64,000 nt of DNA. Source: an uncultured Gammaproteobacteria bacterium (lineage in GTDB: Bacteria; Patescibacteriota; Patescibacteriia; UBA9934). Location of the stretch: contig CAYPWV010000003.1 in NCBI GenBank assembly GCA_964414795.1, positions 2,081 through 66,080 of the forward strand, read 5' to 3'. The notes below the pieces were generated by a model, which saw only the letters and a program-made list of their open reading frames with translations, had not been told where the DNA came from and did not search any database. The position numbers were made by a program, and so were the translations under genes. Shown here piece by piece: positions 19,483 through 27,253 of this stretch. The stretch's first letter is position 1; every line of letters starts with the position of its first letter.

Positions 19483-20481
19483 TTACTTTTTTATCCACAC
19501 CTCAATATATTCAAGCGCTTCTTGGGAAGTTTTTACCCAATGGATGCGATGGTCGCGCTGAAACCAGGTCATTTGCCGTTTAGCATATTGCCGGGTGTCG
19601 TGCTTCAGGGTGAGTATAGCATCCCGAAGAGTGCAATCGCCACGTAAAAAGGCGTTTATCTGTCGATAACCGATGCCGGTCATGCCCGGAACGTCATCTC
19701 CATACTTTTTGCGCAGTCCACGAACTTCGTCAACAAGTCCTTCTGCAATCATCGTATCAACACGGGAATCGATACGTTCATTGATAACGTCGCGAGGCAC
19801 GTCAACACCCAACATACACGCCTCATACCGCGGATCTCCGCGCTTTTGTACTTCGGCAAGACGCTTGCCGGTTGCACGAAGAATTTCGAGCGCGCGCTCA
19901 AGTCTGCGACGATTTTTTGCATCAATACGCTCGGCGGTATCGGGATCTTTTTCTGCAATTTCTTCTAACAGTTCGGCGTTTGTTTTGGTTGCAAGCTCCA
20001 AACGTAGTGCGGGATCTGGTGGAACTTCGGCAAATGACGGGCGATCAACCACCGCCGCAACGTACAACCCTGTACCACCAACAAGGATCGGAACATTTCC
20101 CCGGGCGATAATTTCCTCAATTTTTCTATCCGCATACTGTTGAAATTGTGCAACGGTAAAGATCTCGTCGGGATTGCAGAGATTCATGCCCCAGTGAGGG
20201 ATGTCTTGATGCATTAGTGGTTTTTCAGTGAATAGATCGTTGATATTTTCAGGGGGATTCTGAGAATCGTGGGCGGGTTTGAAACCCGCCCGTACAACAC
20301 CCAACGCCCCACCCCCTACCCCCTTTCCCCCAGGTTTTGCCGTTCCGATATCCATTTCCTTATAAATTGTTCGAGAATCTGCAGAAACAATTTCGCCCGA
20401 AAAAGCACGGGCAAGCGCAATACTCATAGCCGTTTTCCCCGAAGCCGTGGGACCAACAAGAACAATAATGCGAGGCAATAC
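19483..20481 (-). CDS. miaA: tRNA dimethylallyltransferase MiaA, carrying an in-frame insert of about 35 aa after DIGTAKP. The likely start is 20481.
   Basis: P-loop IIVLVGPTASGKT, ADSRTIYKEMDIGTAKP, VPILVGGTGLY. The insert GGKGVGGGALGVVRAGFKPAHDSQNPPENINDLFT is encoded by the palindromic repeat plus a G-tract. Confidence 0.85.
   Translation of the reverse strand, partial: VLPRIIVLVGPTASGKTAMSIALARAFSGEIVSADSRTIYKEMDIGTAKPGGKGVGGGALGVVRAGFKPAHDSQNPPENINDLFTEKPLMHQDIPHWGMNLCNPDEIFTVAQFQQYADRKIEEIIARGNVPILVGGTGLYVAAVVDRPSFAEVPPDPALRLELATKTNAELLEEIAEKDPDTAERIDAKNRRRLERALEILRATGKRLAEVQKRGDPRYEACMLGVDVPRDVINERIDSRVDTMIAEGLVDEVRGLRKKYGDDVPGMTGIGYRQINAFLRGDCTLRDAILTLKHDTRQYAKRQMTWFQRDHRIHWVKTSQEALEYIEVWIKK
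20230..20334 (-). repeat. In-frame inserted element inside miaA: a G-quadruplex-prone tract (GGGGGAAAGGGGGTAGGGGGTGGGG on the coding strand) plus family A palindrome copy 2 (20271-20297).
   Basis: 28/29-nt identity to the rplA-terminator palindrome (TTGTACGGGCGGGTTTYAAACCCGCCC) in inverted orientation. It interrupts a conserved MiaA block without breaking the frame. Confidence 0.6.
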
Positions 20482-20530
20482 CATATGTGGACTTTCTTCT
20501 ATTCTACCGCACTGCGTGGGATATAATGAA

Positions 20531-23020
20531 ATGCATATGGAAAAACAAATAGGAGTGATTCGAGGATTACCGAGTACCGAAAAGTATGCATACCGTGAAC
20601 AACCTCTTAAAGCATTCAGAGAAAAGCAACGAGCGCGAGAAAGCATCAATCTTAATAAGATCGACGAAAAACTCACAGAATACAAAAAACGTCTCACTAC
20701 CGTAGAAAAAGGTCTTGATAATAAAAAACCATCTACACTTCATCTCGACACCTATTACAAAATTGCCGTTGCTGAAGCATATAAACAAGATGGAGCAGTT
20801 AATAAATTTGATATTGTTCAAAAACTTTCTGAGAATGACGTTCCTTTTGATGAAGATATTTTAAACCATGCGCTCAAAATCGTGGAAAAATATGCAACAA
20901 CATTCAAAGGAGATGCCGAAACGGAAGAAGGGCCAAATATAGAAAATAAAAATGTTGCAAAACTTCGCGGAAAGCTTGAGGAATATAAAGCACGGCTTAC
21001 GAAGGCAGAAGAAAATGGCGCCTATCTTGCTCCTGAAATGAGAGCTGAAAATGATGAAGAAGTTTTAGATGCTCGATACAAAATTGCTGCAACGGAATAT
21101 TTTCTTAACCATGGAAACATGGACGAATTTGCGGTTGCAGACGCGCTTCATGACCAAGGAATTGCAATCAACAGAGCTCGTCTTTTGGAAGTATGCGCGA
21201 TTATTGAAGATTATGCTGCAACAGGTGGGACACGTAACGTGGGTGGAACGGGTCTTGAAAGAAACCGACAGAGAGGTGAAATCGCACCCGCACAAGAGTC
21301 GGGGTCTGATACGCTTGACAAAGCAACACTAGAGCGTGCAGAGGCCGAGGCACTTGCACAAGAACGTGAAAAATCGAATAAAGAGTGGGAAAGAATGAAA
21401 AAACAAGATATCATCGGTGAAACCATGGACGCTGCACTTGAACAAGCACAAGAAGCCGAAAGAACTACTGCGAAGAAGATGGGAAAAACTTTTCAAGGTT
21501 TTTCTAATGCATTATCCCAGATGCAAGACGTTCTTATTAACGTTCCTTTGAAAATCGCAAAAGAACTGGGAACCTATGCGAAAGAAGGAGCCGAAAATAT
21601 TGCACACGATACAAGCGATGTCGTATTGGGTACAGGCGTAACAGATGGCATTAAACGTTTTTGGAGAAATGCATTCGGTGTTCAAAATAGCGAGCAACGA
21701 ACGAGCAACGAACGTCATCAAGGTATTACTGATATTCACTCCCCTACACGAATGTCTGGCGAGGGAGCTTTCTCAACCATGTGGAAAGAAGTGAGCCGTA
21801 TTCCTGGAGAAATTGCACGCGGGCTTGATGAATGGAGTCCTGAAGCTCTTCAACGAAACACCGACATTGCTCGAGGGATTGAAGAAGCTGCATGGGATGT
21901 AAAGAATAACGCCCTTGCTGAAATTGAAGCTGAAGAAAAAGCACTTCGTCGTCGCACAGATCTTTCGCCAGAAGAACGCGATGCAGCATCTGTCGCCCTG
22001 CAAGAAAGACGCGATAATGCCGATACCGCTTATGCAGATGAGGTGGAACGAGGAAATGTTATCAAACCAACGGTGCTAGGTGCTGCAGCAAGATCTCTCC
22101 CCTGGATGATTGCGCGAGGACTTCCTAGGATACTTTTAAGCACAGGACTCGACTTAGCTTCGAATTATCTTGGTTTTGGCGGAATTGTCGCGGAGCAAGG
22201 AAGAGCACTTGCTGATAGGTCTCGTGAAAAACGGGAAAAGAAATCAGCTCAATCCGAGACACAGGACGTTATTGTCGCATGGGCTCCTCAAGAACAAGCA
22301 ATGGAAACTTTGGGAGAATTGGGAGACTGGATTGCTAGAACTGGAGAAGCACTTACTGAGGCCCGTGCAGAACATGCGGAAACTATTCTGGATGAAGCAA
22401 AAATCGCGGCACAAAGAGAGTTAGGCGTGCATCAGGATGCTATCGCAAAACGCATCGGAACGCTTATCGAAAAAACAAAAATTACCAAAGAAGATCAAGG
22501 AGAAATTGCGTATCTCAATGAAAAGTTACAACATGCTCGTAAAGGTCTTGCATTCGCCGGCGAACTTGACGGTGCAGTGCAGCGCGCAGAGGCTCTTGCA
22601 AAGAGAGCCGAAACTGGAAAAGACAATATTGAGCAGATTGTTACAAAATACTTCGCAAATAAGGCAATCAATATCATTCGTGGACTTGATACTTTTAAAG
22701 GAAAACACAGTCAAGAGATCATCGAGGCGTTGCAACAACATCCTGACATCAACACACTGCGTACCGCAGAAGCAATGGTATATCTTCGTGTTCAAGAGGA
22801 GCTGAAAGCTGCAGGAAACAGTTTTTTCACCGAAGATGACCAGGATAAACTATTTACCGCATACAACGAGCTCGGTACTGCGGTTACGCAAGCTACGCGA
22901 GTTTACGAGTCTCGACTTACCGTCATTAGTGCAGAACTCGCTAATAATCTTAGAGCTGCAAAACGAGATCTTACCAGAGCTGCGTTAGTTGCCGAACAGG
23001 CAGGAGACATAGCTGCGTAA
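20531..23020 (+). CDS. Large hypothetical alpha-helical/coiled-coil protein (about 830 aa) with no recognised domain. The start is uncertain: ATG at 20531 or 20537; the ORF-track start at 20447 overlaps miaA.
   Basis: Long ORF, E/K/A/R-rich, no TM helix and no nucleotide-binding motif. Confidence 0.45.
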   Translation: MHMEKQIGVIRGLPSTEKYAYREQPLKAFREKQRARESINLNKIDEKLTEYKKRLTTVEKGLDNKKPSTLHLDTYYKIAVAEAYKQDGAVNKFDIVQKLSENDVPFDEDILNHALKIVEKYATTFKGDAETEEGPNIENKNVAKLRGKLEEYKARLTKAEENGAYLAPEMRAENDEEVLDARYKIAATEYFLNHGNMDEFAVADALHDQGIAINRARLLEVCAIIEDYAATGGTRNVGGTGLERNRQRGEIAPAQESGSDTLDKATLERAEAEALAQEREKSNKEWERMKKQDIIGETMDAALEQAQEAERTTAKKMGKTFQGFSNALSQMQDVLINVPLKIAKELGTYAKEGAENIAHDTSDVVLGTGVTDGIKRFWRNAFGVQNSEQRTSNERHQGITDIHSPTRMSGEGAFSTMWKEVSRIPGEIARGLDEWSPEALQRNTDIARGIEEAAWDVKNNALAEIEAEEKALRRRTDLSPEERDAASVALQERRDNADTAYADEVERGNVIKPTVLGAAARSLPWMIARGLPRILLSTGLDLASNYLGFGGIVAEQGRALADRSREKREKKSAQSETQDVIVAWAPQEQAMETLGELGDWIARTGEALTEARAEHAETILDEAKIAAQRELGVHQDAIAKRIGTLIEKTKITKEDQGEIAYLNEKLQHARKGLAFAGELDGAVQRAEALAKRAETGKDNIEQIVTKYFANKAINIIRGLDTFKGKHSQEIIEALQQHPDINTLRTAEAMVYLRVQEELKAAGNSFFTEDDQDKLFTAYNELGTAVTQATRVYESRLTVISAELANNLRAAKRDLTRAALVAEQAGDIAA

Positions 23021-23055
23021 ATAAAAAATCCCCGACGATTGATCGGGGATTTTTT
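23021..23055. terminator. Bidirectional terminator hairpin AAAAAATCCCCGACGATTGATCGGGGATTTTTT.
   Basis: 8-bp stem flanked by A6/T6, lying between the convergent orphan and thrS. Confidence 0.6.
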
Positions 23056-23056
23056 G

Positions 23057-24796
23057 TTACATAGGAATCTCTGCAAATCGCTTTGCCGTTTCTGCTAAAT
23101 CTGCCTGAGGGATCACAAGCTGCTCTTCGCTTCCAAATACCTTTACCATAATGTCTCCGCCCTCGGCTTCCTTAGCGCCGACAACGATGGTCCACGGTAC
23201 TTTCTGCGCAGCAGCTTCGCGAACCTTTTTCCCTACTTTTTCTGCGCTGTTGTCTATCTTTACGCGAATGTTGGCGGCTTTTAAAGCCGCCCCTACGGCC
23301 TCGGCTGCAGGAATAAAATCATCGGAGACCGATACGATACGCACCTGTTCAGGTGCAAGCCAGAATGGGAAAGCTCCGGCAAGATGCTCAATGAGTACTG
23401 AGGTGAAGCGTTCAATAGAACCCATGATCGCACAATGGATCATGAGAATATCTTCCTTTTCTCCCTTTTCATTCACGCACGTTAACCCGAAGTTTTTTGG
23501 CTGATTGAAATCGAGCTGAATGGTTGCCACCTGATGCGTGCGGCCAATGGCATCGTTTGCCATAAAGTCGATTTTTGGACCGTAAAACGCCGCTTCTCCC
23601 ACGCCATCAACCCACTCCAATCCTTTCTCGGTGAGGATATCCCGTAGCGCACCTTCTGCTTTTTCCCATTCCTCAGGAGTACCGAGATATTTTTCCGGCT
23701 GCTCAGGATCACGACGAGAAAGACGGGGCTTTAACACAAAACCAAACGCGCTATAAAACTTTTGAATAATATTCCACACGATCTCCGCCTCTTCGCGCAC
23801 TTGCGATGCACGACAGAATACGTGCGCATCATCTTGCGTAATAGAAATCACGCGCGACAAACCCGACAGCTCTCCGGATTGCTCATCGCGATACACCATC
23901 GTGGTTTCTGCGTAGCGCACAGGGAGGTCGCGATATGAACGCTGTTCGCTTGCGTAAATTTGCGTGTGATGCGGACAGTTCATCGGTTTCATGGCAAATA
24001 CATGTCCTTCGCGAGTTTGGATCTTAAAAAGATCATCCGCATATTTTGCCCAGTGGCCCGACGTTTCGTACAAATCTTTTTTGGTGATGTGCGGGATGGC
24101 AACGCGCTCATAGCCATAGGCTCTGCGCAAATCCCATACAAACTGGTTAAGCGTTTCGCGCATCATTGTTCCCTTAGGCGTCCACAGCGGAAGACCAGGA
24201 CCTACGAGATCTGAGAACACGAAGAGTCCCAGCTCTTTTCCAAGTTTCCGGTGGTCGCGCTTCTTCGCCTCCTCAAGCATGGTGAGATGTGCATCACGTT
24301 CTGCTTTTGTTGCAAACGCTACGCCGTAAATACGCGTGAGCTGATCATTTTTTTCATTTCCGCGCCAGTACGCACCCGCAACTTTGGTGAGCGTGAAGCA
24401 CTGGGGATCAAGCTGCGCAAGTCCATCCGCATGACCTCCGCGACACAAGTCGGTAAATATGCCTGACGTGTAGAGGGTTAGGTTTTGACCTTCGCTCGAG
24501 AATTCGTCGATAAGCTCTAGTTTGTACTTATTACCCGCGAATTCTTTGCGAGCCTCATCAGCATTCACCTCTTTTCGCGTAAACGCATTCCACGTTTTCA
24601 TAATCTCCCGCATCTTCACTTCGATTGCTGGCAGTTCTTCTTCTGAAAACGGTTGCGCGAACTTAAAATCATAATAAAAACCGTCATCAATAGCCGGACC
24701 GATAGTGCGCTTTGCATCGGGATGGAGTTCGAGAACCGCAGCCGCAAGTAAATGAGCTAATGAGTGTCGTAAGTATTGCAGTTCTTCGTTTTGCAT
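23057..24796 (-). CDS. thrS: Threonyl-tRNA synthetase lacking the N-terminal TGS domain. The likely start is the ATG at 24796; the ORF-track start at 24877 is a TTG inside the leader.
   Basis: Editing-domain start LRHSLAHLLAAAV.., class II motifs, an anticodon-binding C-terminus and a 579-aa length. Confidence 0.9.
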   Translation of the reverse strand: MQNEELQYLRHSLAHLLAAAVLELHPDAKRTIGPAIDDGFYYDFKFAQPFSEEELPAIEVKMREIMKTWNAFTRKEVNADEARKEFAGNKYKLELIDEFSSEGQNLTLYTSGIFTDLCRGGHADGLAQLDPQCFTLTKVAGAYWRGNEKNDQLTRIYGVAFATKAERDAHLTMLEEAKKRDHRKLGKELGLFVFSDLVGPGLPLWTPKGTMMRETLNQFVWDLRRAYGYERVAIPHITKKDLYETSGHWAKYADDLFKIQTREGHVFAMKPMNCPHHTQIYASEQRSYRDLPVRYAETTMVYRDEQSGELSGLSRVISITQDDAHVFCRASQVREEAEIVWNIIQKFYSAFGFVLKPRLSRRDPEQPEKYLGTPEEWEKAEGALRDILTEKGLEWVDGVGEAAFYGPKIDFMANDAIGRTHQVATIQLDFNQPKNFGLTCVNEKGEKEDILMIHCAIMGSIERFTSVLIEHLAGAFPFWLAPEQVRIVSVSDDFIPAAEAVGAALKAANIRVKIDNSAEKVGKKVREAAAQKVPWTIVVGAKEAEGGDIMVKVFGSEEQLVIPQADLAETAKRFAEIPM

Positions 24797-25070
24797 ATGA
24801 AAAGGATAAAAAAACCGACGCATCACAAAATGTGACAACGTCGGGCTCCAGGCATCGGTCCGGAGGGTTCCACCCAACTTCCCTCTTTCTCTCCTTAATT
24901 CTTCTCCTTAATCCTTACCCTTAATTCTTTTTTCTTAATTCTTTACTGAGAGAATTAAGATGAAGAAGTAAGAATTGGGGATTAAGAATTGAGAATTAAG
25001 GGTTAGGAGGACACTTTTTTGATTGTGGATTCATGCTCGTGGGGCGGTACTCCCAGTCAGCACAATGAAT
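24797..25070 (-). promoter_or_regulatory. Candidate T-box riboswitch leader of thrS. A sigma70-like promoter (TTGCAT-18-TATATT) sits near 25107-25078. The T-box-like sequence GGGUGGAACC forms an antiterminator with a UGGAACC bulge that competes with an intrinsic terminator (CCGACG..CGUCGG plus U7) ending 17 nt before the ATG.
   Basis: RNA 5'-UUGGG[UGGAACC]CUCCGG-ACCGAUGC-CUGGAG-CCCGA-3' folds into helix A1, a 7-nt bulge and helix A2. Its 3' strand CCCGACG is the 5' strand of the terminator hairpin (+ strand 24815-24844) followed by U7. The specifier loop is not located with confidence. Confidence 0.55.
24886..25010. repeat. An imperfect palindrome of about 125 nt built from tandem copies of a 10-12-nt unit (CCTTAATTCTT... 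/ ...GAATTAAGG), lying inside the thrS leader.
   Basis: Four or five CTTAATTC units on the left arm and four GAATTAAG units on the right arm. Confidence 0.55.
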
Positions 25071-25163
25071 TGATTTGAATATACACGAAGGGGATCTGGG
25101 AATGCAAGAGCGCTATCTCATCTCCATGATAAAATGAGTGAATAAAAGTGGACGTTATTACCT

Positions 25164-25979
25164 ATGATGCAGTCCTTGCTTGATCGTGCAAAAGCGCAAT
25201 TTATCTATGAACACGAACATCGTTTACGCATTTTAAAAGCATCAAAGGGCGCAAAACGAAAAAAAGCCTTTATCGATGCATATCGCGGACTTGCACAAGG
25301 AATTGCTTCGGGTACATTTTTAAATCAAGAATTTGAACCTGAAAAGAAAGCGGTACAAAAGTTTCAACTACTTCGTCGATTCATTACACCATCAAGCGTC
25401 ATCGCGGAAGTTGGACCGGGCAACTATGCTTTAGCAAATATTGTTGCAAGACATGTTCAATTTCTCACATTGATAGACATAACCAAAACTGCTTATAAAG
25501 ATCTTCCAAGAAATTGTCGCCTGCATATTAGTGACGGCACGCAGATGCCAGAAAAGTTGCAGAATTTTGACATGATTTTTGGTATGCATGTTCTTGAACA
25601 TATTCATCCAAAAGCACTCCATGAACATCTTGTAAGTATCCGGAGAGCATTGGTTGATGGAGGATATTACATTCTTTTTACACCAAACCGACTCACCGGT
25701 CCCCATGATATTTCAAAATTCTTTTCATCAAGCGCTCAAGGACTACACTTGAAAGAATATACTATCACCGAAATACGTCAGAAACTCTTGAAGGCAAAAT
25801 TTACGAAAGTTTCCTGTTATGCGGGCGGAAAAGGTTGGTATCTCTCTATACCGATCATATTTCCCATACTTCTGGAAAGTTTTTTACAAGCACTTCCCTT
25901 TTCTCTCGCCAATCGCTTCTCAAAACTTCTCCCTATCAAAGCACTGCTTGGTATTATTCTTGTGGTAAAGAAAAGTTAA
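25164..25979 (+). CDS. Class I SAM-dependent methyltransferase.
   Basis: VIAEVGPGNYALANI (motif I-like), FDMIFGMHVLEHI, DGGYYILFTPN. Confidence 0.55.
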   Translation: MMQSLLDRAKAQFIYEHEHRLRILKASKGAKRKKAFIDAYRGLAQGIASGTFLNQEFEPEKKAVQKFQLLRRFITPSSVIAEVGPGNYALANIVARHVQFLTLIDITKTAYKDLPRNCRLHISDGTQMPEKLQNFDMIFGMHVLEHIHPKALHEHLVSIRRALVDGGYYILFTPNRLTGPHDISKFFSSSAQGLHLKEYTITEIRQKLLKAKFTKVSCYAGGKGWYLSIPIIFPILLESFLQALPFSLANRFSKLLPIKALLGIILVVKKS

Positions 25980-25980
25980 T

Positions 25981-27138
25981 CTACGGCGTTTTGATGATGA
26001 TCTCAATATGATCCTTGAGTGTAGGAATGCGCTGTAGCCAGAAAGGAGTGAAAGTGATAGAGACGTCGGAAATGGCATCCGACGAGCGTAAAAGCGTAAA
26101 AACTTCGCTTGGCGCACGGCCAAGAAAACGATCTTTTGCAAGCGTAGGGGCATCGGCAGAAATAACGGCGGTGCCGTCGAGATAGAGAGAAAGCTGCGCT
26201 TCGCCTGTGGTGTAATTTGCGGATTCAACCGTTGCTTGTACGCCTTGATCACTGACGGTATTCAAGACGAAACCTTCGGGAACACGCTTTTGGAGAAGCG
26301 AACGTGCGTAGGAAGCAACGAGCGTGTTGTCGTAATACACGCCGGTAACGGTTGCTTTTACTGTAAGAGAGAACGTGCCCGTTTCGGTACCTACAGGAAC
26401 ATCGGTAGTTACCGAGTTCTCTTCTACGCTATAGGTTCCTTGTGCGACAAGAGCGGCATCAAGCCCCGTTGCAAGGGTTGTTTTTGCTTGCTCAAGCATG
26501 TCGGCAAGAAGGGCGGTTTTTGCATCTGCAACATCGGTATCAGAAAGCGTGCGCACATACTGCACGCCTCCGGTCATCGCATCGGTGGATGTGCCGTAAA
26601 TTTTTTGCTGGAGCGATTCGGCAAGCCCGGGAATAGTAAAGGTTGTAGAGGCGATATCTCCCGAAGCGCCCGGTTGATCTGCGCTAATGCGCACAACAAC
26701 TTGGCCATTTGCCGGAACAACGGTTCCTGCATCTAAACGAAACAGCACACCCGTTGCAGAGAGGAAACGCGTGGTTGCAATAAGCGGCTGATCTGACCCG
26801 GTGCTGTTGGTAACGGTTACCATGCCAGAAGATTTTGCCTCAACCGCGCGGGCACCCTCTTGAGGAAGAGAGAAGATGCGCGTGTTAGTAAGCGTTGTTT
26901 GCCCTACATAGCCCGCAACTTGGCCTTCGCTGACCGGATTTTTTACCACAGAAAGTGATGCCGTGGTGCTGACGACAGAAGGCTTTGCGATAACGGTGAT
27001 CGTTGCACGAGAAACGGAAAGATATACCACGGCAAGGAGCATGAGGAACGTAATTCCTACAAAGCCAAGCGCAATGCGTTGGTACACGCGGAGTGATCGG
27101 GAAAGAGGTCTTTGAAGTGAAGGGGAAGTATGAGACAT
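25981..27138 (-). CDS. Hypothetical membrane-anchored, T/S/V-rich extracytoplasmic protein with no recognised domain.
   Basis: N-terminal TM helix (IALGFVGITFLMLLAVVYL) followed by a beta-rich ectodomain of about 340 aa. Confidence 0.4.
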   Translation of the reverse strand: MSHTSPSLQRPLSRSLRVYQRIALGFVGITFLMLLAVVYLSVSRATITVIAKPSVVSTTASLSVVKNPVSEGQVAGYVGQTTLTNTRIFSLPQEGARAVEAKSSGMVTVTNSTGSDQPLIATTRFLSATGVLFRLDAGTVVPANGQVVVRISADQPGASGDIASTTFTIPGLAESLQQKIYGTSTDAMTGGVQYVRTLSDTDVADAKTALLADMLEQAKTTLATGLDAALVAQGTYSVEENSVTTDVPVGTETGTFSLTVKATVTGVYYDNTLVASYARSLLQKRVPEGFVLNTVSDQGVQATVESANYTTGEAQLSLYLDGTAVISADAPTLAKDRFLGRAPSEVFTLLRSSDAISDVSITFTPFWLQRIPTLKDHIEIIIKTP

Positions 27139-27145
27139 AGGTATG

Positions 27146-27230
27146 CCGTCATGCCGGACACCGATCCGGCATCCATCGTCATGAGCTTAGTAAATAGCGA
27201 TGGATCCCGGGTCAAGCCCGGGATGACGAG
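27146..27230 (+). repeat. Family B composite intergenic repeat, copy 1, filling the gap between the orphan and dnaE.
   Basis: CGTCATGCCGGACACCGATCCGGCATCCATCG...CGATGGATCCCGGGTCAAGCCCGGGATGACGA. An exact 23-nt block and two other blocks recur in inverted orientation at 54681-54798. Confidence 0.6.
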
Positions 27231-27253
27231 AATCCTCTTCATTATATCACCGC

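Noticed and set aside
24886-25010. A CRISPR array as an explanation for the CCTTAATTCTT tandem units.
   Set aside because: The units are only 10-12 nt, there are no spacers of uniform length, the two halves are mutually complementary (a hairpin), and no cas genes are nearby.
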